NCBI GenBank assembly: GCA_013265495.1
Contig: MU058844.1
Location: 10,872,184-10,936,183 of the forward strand
DNA from: Vicugna vicugna
Taxonomy: Eukaryota
Direction of reading: 5' to 3'
Length of the DNA: 64,000 nucleotides
The notes under the pieces were generated by a model. It searched no databases. It had not been told where the DNA came from and worked only from the letters and a program-made list of their open reading frames with translations. Shown one piece after another: positions 12,530 through 23,385 of the stretch (its first letter is position 1; every line of letters begins with the position of its first letter). Both the position numbers and the translations under genes were made by a program.

Positions 12530-13300
12530 GCCTTTATTTCCTTTAATCTCTATCAAAACCTATTCTGCCTCCACAAAATGTCCAAATCTGACCTCTCACC
12601 AGCCTCACCACCACCATCACAGCCCAAAACACATTCACCTTTCCCTTGGATACATTCTTCAGTCTCTTGAACTCCAGTCCTTCCTACCTACAGTCAGGCT
12701 ACCCAACAGCCTGCAGAGGATCCTCAAATAGAAATTCGCTCATAGCATTTCTCTGCTTAAAACATTTCAGTGTCTCTGCATCACAACTGGAATTAAATCA
12801 AAGCACTTCTCATGCTTATAGGAGCCCATGTGTTCCCCCGCCACCTATTTCATCTGACACTCCCCTTCCGTTTGCACAGAGCGCCTCCTACTTTCCTTCT
12901 CTCCTAGAACAAGCCAAGGTCACTCCTACCTCCGGACTCTTGCACGTGCCGAACCCTCTGCTTGGAACCCTCTCTTCCCAGAGAGTCCTGGAAGACGGTT
13001 GTTCCTCTTTAGGTTTCCACTCAGAGGTCCGCCATCTCAGAGGGGCCTTCTGTGACCATCGTCTACAAATGGACCTTCACCCTCGACTCACCACTCACTA
13101 TTCTATTTATGTATTTATGGGTTTTTTTTTTCAACCACAGTAATAACTATTTATATGTACGTGGGTTTATTTTCTTTTTTACTCCACCAGAGTGCAAGCT
13201 CCTTGAGGACAGGGATCCTGGTTAACGTGTGGATTGCTGTATCCCCAAGCACCACCTTAAACCAGGGCCCAACACCTAGTAAGCATTTGTTAGTTGAATG
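12530..13300 (+). mobile_element. L2a LINE 3' region
   Basis: 'ttctgcctccacaaaatgtccaaatctgacctctcacc ... gagtgcaagctccttgaggacagggatcc ... gctgtatccccaagcacc ... tttgttagttgaatg'. Explains the ORFs at 12452-13143. Confidence 0.85.
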
Positions 13301-13870
13301 TTAGATGACCCAGGAGGGCCATTACCTGTACTTTTTATCCGGATATGTCCCCTATCTCTGAAGCCATCTACTCCCAGAACCCTTCTCTGTCTTTGATGAG
13401 CTATTGCATTGAAACTCTTTCCTTATCTTTTCTAATGAGATTTGAACCCCTAAATCTTCTATTTACCTTCTCCCGAAGCCTTATCTTGGTGATGTCTCTC
13501 AGGAGAGGAAAGCTGACATATGGTCACAGAAGGAAGTATGAGCATTATCTATCTTCTCTCCTCTAGACCCAGCTTGACCTTCCACTACCTTCTGAGTTCA
13601 GATGATATGTTAACTAAAGAGGAAGAGGAATCTGAAGTATCAGGACATAGAGGTCCTTAGTACAACATCTAAGGATGTCACTGCTTTGTGATGATGGGCG
13701 ATCTTGGGGACTGATCCAGGCAATAATTTCCTCACAATTGTAATAAAGTTGACTCAAAAAAAAAAAAAAAGATACAACCACTACATAAAACATGTTATTT
13801 TCCCTGCTCTGGGAAAATGGTTTCATGGGCCAAATAATTAACTTATACATAAACTTACATAATACATCTT

Positions 13871-13988
13871 TTTTAAAAAAATTGTTTTTTAGACTTTTTT
13901 TAGTTGAAGTCAATTGTTTTATCAATTTCTGGTGTACAGCATAATGTTTCAGTCATACATATACATAAATGTATTCATTTCCATATAA
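13871..13988 (-). mobile_element. 5'-truncated L1 3' end with 10-bp TSD
   Basis: T-rich tail then 'tttctggtgtacagcataatgtttcagtcatacatatac'. Flanked by AATACATCTT at 13861-13870 and 13989-13998. Confidence 0.85.
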
Positions 13989-15829
13989 AATACATCTTAA
14001 CTTTAATTTCTTAATTACTTGAACAAGCAGTGAGTGTAGAAGTCCAGAGGACAGGGAGGTCATCGTGGCCTGGAGCAACTGAAAGAGCGTCATGGAGGAG
14101 GAGGAAGAGGGACTTGAAATGGGCCTTGAATTACGATTGCATCTAAAGAGCTGCTCTACTTAGTCGCATAATTTCCCCTCCCCTAATTTTGAGGGGAAAT
14201 TTGCATCTCCTCTGCCCAGTTTCTCCTGGCTGGCTGCCTCGCCTGTCAACGGCAGTAGCTTTTTTGCTGTAAAATGGCCAACAAGGTACCTGTGCACCAT
14301 TTCCGGCTGAAAACACTTGCAACTTGCACAAACTGAAATGTTAACGGGTAGAACACCTTAGCAGTATATTTGTATGGATACAAATCTACCTTTTTTTTTT
14401 AGATTTCTCTTGGCAGCTTTAAAATGTACAAAGCAACAAAAGAGCAGGAGCTATATATTTACTGAGGTCAGTCACCGATGCAGAACACCTTAATTAGTTG
14501 TGAAAAAACTGTGCTTCTAGGTTATTAACCACAGTAACACTGTGTTTCATCACATGGTTTGTCATGGCTTATCATGGAGAAAGTGAGAACTGTGTTGCAG
14601 GACCTCCCTCTTACCCTCCACGAGAATCAACTCCACTAGAATCAAACTTAGCAAAAAGATCTGAAGCTTTCTGAGAATGTCTTTCTGTGAATCACTAATG
14701 ATCCTATATAATACTTTTTAGATAATCCAAAAGAAAACAAAAGGGAAAAAAGAAACACACACAAACAAAAACAAGTGGGAGAGATGTTATTTCCAGGACT
14801 CTCAGAAGATGGCACCAAATGTTCATCCCTGCTGACGACCAAAAGACCAGAAAAGCCCAACATCCGAGACTGCAAAGCCTTCATTCCCAGTAACGTGACT
14901 AGTTCTCCAAAAAGAGCATCTGTTGTCTGGAGCTCATTCATGGTCACTGCCACTTTGGCTGTCCCTTTTGCCCTCATACTGTATTCCAATTACAACTTAC
15001 TATGGAAATCACTCCTCGCTTAACAGTCACACTCTGGCCTTGGCAACTTCGGCCATTCAGGTGCCAACAGTGGGCAAACTGCTGCATTGGCTTGTCCTAA
15101 CCAAGTATTCCCTCAACGACACAGAATCTAAGACTTTAATTCCCATGCCTTCCATATAAGTGATCCTCATACATGGCCACCAGTAGACCTGTCTGAGATA
15201 GAAAACCCTCAAATCATGAATGCCATCACTTCCACTGCAAACTAACATGGAAATCAGTATTTCCAGTCAACTCAAGAGTTTGGTCTTCACTGGAAGAAGA
15301 CCCTGAGTGAAAAACCCTTCTAGATTTTTTGCCCACAGTGACATCCGTTTGTATCACCTTTTGGCCTCCTGGAAGGTATACCATCACCCTTCAGTGCAAA
15401 CCAATTAAAGAAAAGAAAAGGTAGGTCAACTGAGTGCCTGTCAGTCCAGACCAGAGCACTACCCGAGGTGTCTGATACGAATCCATGAGGGCTCAAGTGT
15501 GTCCGTGGTGGTAAGGGCATTTTGAAGAGCTGGGACTCGACTGGGACCCTCATGAAATACATCCCTTCCATGGAACCAGTTCTCACTTTGGAAGGGTCTT
15601 TTCAAATGAAGTGAAAGCGTCTGGAACTCTTGATGGCTTTGATCCTCTGCCAGCACAGTAATTAGTAAACTGCACGGCCCAGGCTTGTTTAACTGCCTGT
15701 CTTTTCAGTCCACAAGCTCTATGTCTAACGTCGGGGCAGTGTCTATTTGTTCTCAAGGATCTTACATGCTATCTGGTGTGTATTAATAATAATGCCAGTA
15801 AGTGAACAAAAATGATTTCTGAAGCTTCC

Positions 15830-16045
15830 CATGTTATAGGTCTGATACTCTGAGTTTTTCCTGTATTATCTCATTTAAGACATACTGAGGTATACCAGCC
15901 CTAGGAAAAGAGACACTACTATTAGCCCTATTTTTCCTATAATGAAACTGCAGATTAGTGGGTTGCCATGACTTGCCTCAGATCCAGAACTAGTAAAAGG
16001 AAAACTAGGATTGCCATCTAGGCTTGTGTGACCTTAAAATACATC
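15830..16045 (-). mobile_element. MIR SINE
   Basis: 'gtattatctcatttaag ... tattagccctattttt..ataatgaaactgcagatt ... tgacttgcctcagatccagaactagtaaa'. Confidence 0.75.
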
Positions 16046-16544
16046 TTCTTTATCTCTGTGGGGCATTTTTTCTACTTACAAAAACAGTTGTTTAATTGAT
16101 TTCAATATATGAATAAAATATTGTCATGTTAAAATGTTATTAAATGGGTTCAGATATATTGCAACTTCATTCATGCTCCCTTTCTAAAGTCCATAGCTGG
16201 CCTCTAACACACAAGGCTGGCTTAGACCATTGAAGCGAAGGGTTCTGCTGACCACATCATGTCTCTCTGGGGCAAGCAAAACCAGCATTGTTTTAGAGGA
16301 GGCTTGTTACTTGCTAGAACGCAGAGGGGTGCTACCAGGAAGCTTTGCTGCGCCCACACAGTAAGAAACCAGACTCTCCATGACATGCCACCTATCAGGG
16401 TTCTCAAGTTAGGTTCTAGGAAAACCCTTCTTTTCATGGAAGAATGATGCAGCTAAGCTTCAGGTTTTTGTGTAAGTTCTCCTTTGAAAGTTTGAAGTTA
16501 CATGAGCTCATAAGCATATTATTCACCAAATCAGTGTCACTGTT

Positions 16545-16745
16545 GAGTGGAGAGGGTGCTCGAACCAGCGACTTTGATCTATCACTTACAACTGTGTGGC
16601 CTAGAGTAAGTTACTGAACCCCTTTCTGCTCTAATTAATCTAAATATTCCCCTATTTAGAAATAATAATTTTTCTCTCATAATAATGTTGTGAAATGAAA
16701 TAAGGTACTTAAAGAAACAGGAACATATTAGATACTCGAAAAATT
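16545..16745 (+). mobile_element. MIR SINE
   Basis: 'tcacttacaactgtgtggcctagagtaagttactgaacccctttctg ... ctcataataatgttgtgaaatgaaataagg'. Confidence 0.75.
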
Positions 16746-18214
16746 CCCACATCTATATCCAAATTGCATTCTAATTTTCACCCAGCATTTTTTTTCCACC
16801 CTGTATTAACAAGTGCTATTATCCTATTGAAATGCACCAAATATCTCTTATCTTTAGCCCCAACCCGACAAAGCAAACTCACTTAAGCAAAGATACTGAT
16901 GAAATCTGACTAAACTACAATTAGTTATACTAACTAAAGAAAATAATACAATAAAACAATAACATTTGTATTGTGCTCTGTTGCCCACCACTAAATGCTT
17001 ATATCCAAATCATGAAATTAAGCATGTCAGAAAAGTCAGTAAGAATTAGCTAAATTAGTTACATGGTGTAATTACTTGAGAGAAATTGCAATTGTCAACA
17101 CCTTTATATTTATGATGCAATTTATTTTTCAATAAAAATTTAACTTACTTTTAAATGTCGAAATATGTGACTTTTGGAAATTTAGACAACTGGTAACTCT
17201 CACCACAAACAACTATAATTCAAACAAAATTAAATGGATATAAGTATGTTTTCTTTACTATCATTTTGAATATATATAAACTACAGGTGACTGTCTTTTC
17301 TTAATTAGTATATGAAGTTTAAAAAGCAGGTTTATTAGATAGGTGTTTGAAAGTACAAAAAATTGAATTCTTGGTAGCATCACAGTCACTCTAAAGATGA
17401 AGGTTAACTATTTTATTATGGTTTCTGCTCACGGCAGTTTTTCCACATAATTGATGCTTTTCAAGATGCTGGCAATTGTTACTTTAAAATTGGAACAAAA
17501 GAAATTAATCCTTTTAGAGGGCATGCTGATTCAAACCTGCCGGATGAAAAAAGAAATAGCTCTAGTCTGACTTCAAAGCCTAATTCTTCTTTGTAGAAGA
17601 AGAGTTTCTATAGAATTATGAAAGATCAAAAGAGACTGTCCAATGTACTTATGACCTGAAAAGATAGATTACATTATTAAAAGATAAAATATGAGTAGGT
17701 CATAAAAGTTAATGAAAATGTCTATTGTTTTTTCCAAAAGGAAAATGAAATACACACACATATTTTTTAGAATAAATTCACCTGTAGGATGATCACTATC
17801 ATTCCGCACTTTGGGAGGATCTACACAGTACAACGTAGATTAAAGCAGAGCCTTTTGCAATCAGAAACAGAAACAACAATCCCTCAATGACACATATTAT
17901 GTCTGTTTTACTATAATGTTATTCACTTGGCTTCACCCGATCTCTCAAAATCTAATTTTGCAGTGATGTCTTAAGCTTGTACCATTTCATATTTACATGC
18001 AATTAGAAAAATCTATCTTACAACCTACAACTTTGCCATCCTGGGTTTTAAACAATATATTCGTTACAATATTACTAACATTGATTCAGACCGGTGGCAT
18101 TTGCAAGGAGACATCAAGATGGGAATCCAGATGCATTTGAAGAGTCAATGTTGGAAAGTCATTAAGCAGAATTTTTTTTTTCTAGACCAGTTCTGGATCT
18201 GTAATTATCAAGGG

Positions 18215-18575
18215 ACTAGATGCCGATGTCATGTGTGATCAACATTAAAATGTCAAGACACTAATCATTGGGTCAAAGGCACTATAATGTTTAAGGGAAA
18301 AACTGCAATGGAGTGGAGTGTTTGGCCTGCATGTTCTGGCCACAGTCCAAGTTGAGAGATTGTAGACTGCTTTTCTTAAATCCCCCCTGTAGCTTCTTTT
18401 GGAGGCTGTACTCTCATTTGATTCCTCTCTTAAATGATTTTGCAGTATTGTTGTGTTCTGTTAAACAACTGCTGTGTTCCACTCCAGTGGTGGATACAGT
18501 GATTTCTGTACTCTGTACACAGTCTGTAACACACTCCTTCGGGGGTGGTGAAAGGTACAGAAGAAATATACCTGT
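18215..18575 (+). mobile_element. AmnSINE1 (Deu-domain SINE) fossil
   Basis: 'gagtggagtgtttggcctgcatgttctggccacagtccaa ... cttaaatcccccctgtag ... gtattgttgtgttctgttaaacaactgctgtgttccactccagtggtgg ... tgaaaggtacagaagaaat' is collinear with the recalled AmnSINE1 Deu domain and 3' end. Confidence 0.75.
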
Positions 18576-19211
18576 TACTGATTTTAAAAGAAAGCAACAT
18601 ATCGATCTTAATAGATAAAAATTTTAAAGCCTCAATACTATAGGGTTCATGAAATCACAAAGTGAATAAGAGTTGAAACTACTTTTTTTTTAATGTTGGA
18701 TCTCATTTTTCTCATCTTGCCTTACTTTACAACTGAAGAATCCCAGAGGAGTGAGTTTGAGATTCAGGGAGTACACAGTCATTAAACAAATGGAATGTGT
18801 TTAGTGATGCTAAACTAAATTCACAGTTTGAACAGATACAGGATATAAATGAAGTAAGCTCAGGGCAAGAGTTCAGGGCATCTCAGTAAACACAGCAAGA
18901 AAATGTTCTCATTTTCTTGGTAACCCACTGGCTACCGGGATGCCAAACCTGAGGTTCAAAAACCAAATTTCCTTCATCAGAAAAAACTTTTAAAATAGTG
19001 AAATGATGAGACAACATTTTTCTAAGCAAAATTTCCCCCGATAATAAAAATAAAAACATGACAATGTGAGAAAAAGCCAAAGAAAATTTCATCTTGTAGT
19101 CACAAGTGCACTGTTATTCTTTCTGCCCAAGAAATTTCAGCTAAAAGCAAACAGGTTGTTCATAAATGAAAATTATTCTAAGTGACCAGTGAGCACATGC
19201 CATGAAGACTT

Positions 19212-19428
19212 TTTAAAACTGAAGTACAGTCGATTTACAACGTTGTGTTAGTTTCTGGTGTACAGCATAGTCATTCAGTCATATATATATATATTCCTTT
19301 TCACTTTTTCACTATAGGTCATTACAAGGCATTGAATATAGTTCCCTGTGCTATATAGTAGGACTTTGTCGTTTATCTGCTTTATATATGGTAGTTTGTA
19401 TCTGCAAATCCAGAACTCCCAATTTACC
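19212..19428 (-). mobile_element. 5'-truncated L1 3' UTR (cetartiodactyl/camelid type)
   Basis: 'tgaagtacagtcgatttacaacgttgtgttagtttctggtgtacagcatagtcattcagt ... atatagttccctgtgctatatagtagg'. Diverged TSD CCATGAAGACTT (19200-19211) / CCATGATTACTT (19429-19440). Confidence 0.9.
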
Positions 19429-19458
19429 CCATGATTACTTAATTTATAGTTTTCCTAA

Positions 19459-19474
19459 CCAGGAGGGGGCGCAC
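19459..19474 (+). promoter_or_regulatory. Candidate CTCF binding site
   Basis: CCAGGAGGGGGCGCAC is one mismatch from the CCASYAGRKGGCRS core, with its CpG retained, in unique sequence. Confidence 0.55.
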
Positions 19475-19946
19475 TGCACTGATGCGCTTCCCCTACCCTT
19501 AAATATACCTCATCCGTGCATTTCTGCCATTCTTTTTAACAAGTGAAAAAGTATAGTAAAATTGCTTTTTTTTTGAAAAGTATAAAGAGAAACAAAAGGT
19601 ATACATATTTCTGTCCTTTAAAAAAATCTCCAAACATGTTTATGCATCTTGCAACAGTAGTTTTTTCCTTACATATTTTATTTTACCATGCAGATGACTA
19701 AAGCCGAGAATACTCTTAAACAAGAATTAGAAAACCTTGAAATTACCAAAAGCAAAACCTCTCAGTTAATCCAACCACTGAACTAAATCCATCTTCTTTT
19801 AATTCTGAAGTAAGCGCCAAAAAAAAAAAAAACAAAACAAAAAAACACTTATTTGGATGAAGAAAGTAAAAATGGAAGTGAATGCTCCTGATAAATTTCA
19901 CATCATGAAAAGCAGATGATTCCTTTGCCGCTTTCAGCAAGGAGTA

Positions 19947-20259
19947 CAGCTGTCCCTCAGTGTCTCAGGGCACTGGTTCCAGGACCCCTGTAGTTACCAA
20001 AATCCAAGGAAGTTCATGTTCTTTACATAAAATAGCGAAATATTTGCATAAAACTTTACACACACACTCCCATATACTATAATCATCTCTCCATGACTTA
20101 TGATACCGATGTTAATACTATGTAAATAGTTGCTGGGGTACAACAAATTCTCAAGTTTTGCTCTTTGGAACTTTCTGGAATTTTTTTCCTCAGATCTTTT
20201 CAGTCCACATTTGGTTGAATTCTGCGGGCGTGGAACCCTCGGAAATGAAGGGCTGACTG
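19947..20259 (+). mobile_element. MER2/MER2B-like TcMar-Tigger MITE
   Basis: Starts CAGCTGTCCCTCAG..GGTTCCAGGACCCC and ends GGTTGAATTC..GTGGAACCC..GGGCTGACTG. TA duplications at 19945-46 and 20260-61. Confidence 0.9.
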
Positions 20260-21142
20260 TATTTTAAAATCCACAGCACTTTGACAAAAATATTATCATC
20301 TGAAAAACAGACTTTACAACGTGCTGTTCTCTCAGACACTAAGAATAGACCATAAATTGGTAGTTTAGAGTGCCTTTCAGTTCCAGTTTTTCTAAAAGCA
20401 CTTCACGAAGCAATTAGTCAGATAATGGTGGTGCACTCGCTCTTCGCAGCCGTTCTGTAGCCACTAATAGCACCCGATCTTTCCAGCCAATCGAATGGAC
20501 TGTTGAGGGGCAGTGTAACATCTCTTTTCAACCCTCATCACATTCTCTTCTTAAATAACATGTTTGGACTCTCTTCTTATTTATAAAACAGCTTAGAGTT
20601 TAAATGTGTACCCTCCCCCCCAAAAAAACACAAAAAAAACCGCACTGATTTTTGAATCTAATTAATCATAGGATCTACAGTTGATGTCTGTAAATCATCT
20701 AGGAATGATGAAACTCCATAATGTTTTATTGTCACTCTAGCAGTGGCTTCATCAGTGAGACTGGGGATTTTTTTTTTTCTTTTTACCTAAAGTGAGCTTT
20801 ATCAAGAATTTGTAAAATGCCACCATTTTAGTCTATCAAATATAACACATAAAATAGAGGGACTGATTCTCACACTGGCAGTTTTTAACTTATTTTAAAG
20901 TTTAAATAGGACCTGTCATAGAGCCCCTTAGACTTACTGTGGTTTCTGCACTAAAATAGTACATAAATTAAGGTGTAGCTGGTAATAATAGTCTGCCTAC
21001 AAAAAAAAACAAAGGTCTCAAGGGCAAATATACTGGAAGTCTGAACTTTTGGAATTCTTTACTGTTCAGTGACTTAATTTACTTGAAATGATTTCTGTTG
21101 ACAATTTGGCAAGGACAATTTTCTGTTTACTGTTTGCTTATT

Positions 21143-21211
21143 TTTTTTAACATTTTTTATTGATTTATAATCATTTTATAATGTTGTGTCAAATTCCAGT
21201 GTTCAGCACAA
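21143..21211 (-). mobile_element. 69-bp extreme 3' end of an L1 with perfect 16-bp TSD
   Basis: TTACTGTTTGCTTATT at 21127-21142 and 21212-21227. The insert 'ttttttattgatttataatcattttataatgttgtgtcaaattccagtgttcagcaca' resembles the other L1 3' termini in the window. Confidence 0.9.
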
Positions 21212-22964
21212 TTACTGTTTGCTTATTATTTTCAGGTAAAGCTGTATTGGGGAATTTAAGTTGGCACTTGCTGGAGTGGCCCAGAACATGGATATACCAC
21301 CCAGAGACACTGATATCAAGGGTAAATCACTTGGTCCAACAACAGTAGTTTCAACTCATAAAAAAATGATGACAGAAAGTTCCATGGGAAACAAAACACT
21401 AACTGAAGTCTTTAGGCCCCAGGATGATGTGTGTAACTAAGGTGCTATTGGACAATCCAGCATCAGCCCTGATAGCTTCAACTGTAGAGACAAATTATCT
21501 TTTAAGGCTAGAGAGCTTCGTATCTTTGAAACGAACACGTGGTGAAGGCAGTTCTAGAAAGTGATTTTTTTTTTAAACACCACACATGTTTAAAAGCAAG
21601 AGAGGTACCTTTTTTCCAAAGAAGAAGTTTACAATTTTTAATCCTCCCCCTGAAGAAGAAAAATAACACTGTCCTTTCCATTTCGCTTTGCATCTGACTC
21701 ACAACTTGGTAATGGTGAATTAATTTTGAATTACTTATGAAATAGACCCTGTCCTACATTTTAACTTACCCTAATCCAATTTAGTGTAACCTGATCTAAC
21801 AGCAGGAACGGTGGCATTTATTTCACATTTCAAACATTTTATATATTTCCACTCACCTCACTGATATGTTTAAAATAGACAGCATTTCTCAGTATGAAAT
21901 ACCCTGTTGTATAATCAAGATCCTGGCACCTGTTAAATGCAATTGCTTATTTAAAACGTGGTGATTGGAACTTTTTCTCTCAAATCACATCTTGTTGAAG
22001 TTAATGAATTCTTTGTAGGAATATTAACCAGCTTCTACATGTCGCTGATGATCCCATCCCCACCTTTCACTAACATACTGAATACATTACCTACTAACAA
22101 TGACTGAAGCCTGCAAAGTCTCTGATACCATGGACAAAGTACTGCACTGGATTCTGCACACCTTTCCTCTTTGAAACACCCAAGTTCAAAGTTGGCGGAT
22201 GGGATTATTTTCATTCTAGTTGCTATTCAGCGCATCTGTTCTGAGAGACGGAAATTTAATCCTGGATAGACTATCTCTGCCAGACAGGAAGGATTAAAAA
22301 AGGAAGGGCAGTACAAGTCAGAATGAACTTGTCATTGGAAGGGCTGTCAGGAGCAATTTACACCATGGTTATCTTGATTCGGATCGTCACTATGAGACTC
22401 CCATTTTTAGACAAAAAATATGAAAACATGTCAAAGATATAGACTCCTTAAAAATCACCCCCAGAAAATGAAACGGTAGGTACACAAAAGAATCTTCCTT
22501 TAGCACTTACACCATTACGTAGCCTCCAAATCCCTCACAGTTCTTCTGGGGAGGGAGCTATAAATGCAGGTTCCAGAACACTCTTGATCATGGCCAAGGG
22601 CGTGCTAATGTTTTTGAATCACGCCAGGGTTGGAAGAAATTCTAACAGCAGATATGAATTTCTAAAAACACTTGGTGGATCAGAGTTTCCTATGTGCATA
22701 CTTTGTAATTTATTTATTGGTTAGTTTGAAAGGAGAACTGTATAAAAAGCCATGCTGTATCACACAGTCACAGAGCATTGCTGCTCCAGAACGTCAATGT
22801 TATTAGCCAAGTGCAGGACCTCTTTATCACCTCTCTTCACTCTACCATCCCTTGATAAATACTAAATATTAACAGGGTGAAAATTTCAACCCACACGAAA
22901 CTCAAGGGGTTTACAAAATTTGACTGAATTTTGCATATGACTCTGCATAACAACGTGTTATACC

Positions 22965-23205
22965 TAATATTTCTGAGTACTCACTGTATGGCAGGAATAC
23001 GCTAAATGCTTTATGTGCAATAGCTGATTTACTTCAAAGAACTGTCACAGGAGGATGCTCCTATCATCACCCTAGTTTTGCAGAGAAGGAAACCAGGTTC
23101 AGAGAGGTTACACAAAGGAGCAGAGATCACACAGCTAGAAAATGGCAGTCACGATTTGACTCGAGTCCATCTAACTCAGGCGTCTTCATTCGTAAACACT
23201 GTGCT
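22965..23205 (-). mobile_element. MIR SINE, near full length
   Basis: 'atttctgagtactcactgtatggcagg ... gttttgcagagaaggaaaccaggttcagagaggtta ... atcacacagctagaaaatggcag'. Confidence 0.9.
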
Positions 23206-23269
23206 AATTCACTGCCTGCCCACGTTTCCCAAACGTCACACTGTTGTTTAGACAGTGCTTCATGATTTC

Positions 23270-23385
23270 AGATCTTTTCAGCACATGTTACTCAGTGCCA
23301 CCATGGACAGGCCCTATGCTAGGGGCTGGGCATTCAGTTGTGACACAGAAGATGTGGTGGCTGTCCTCATGGAGCTTACAGTCCA
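23270..23385 (-). mobile_element. L2 tail fragment
   Basis: 'ttcagcacatgttactcagtgcc ... aggccctatgctaggggctggg ... ctgtcctcatggagcttacagtccag'. Confidence 0.75.

Noticed and set aside
21857..21929. 73-nt minus-strand exon candidate (open frame CQDLDYTTGYFILRNAVYFKHISE, donor GAG|GTGAGT)
   Set aside because: Weak pyrimidine tract, unrecognised peptide and no partner exons, so it cannot be supported as CDS.
23292..23310. REST/RE1-like site TCAG-tgc-CACCATGGACAG in an L2 tail
   Set aside because: The right half matches, but the left half is broken by extra bases and the sequence is explained by L2 decay.
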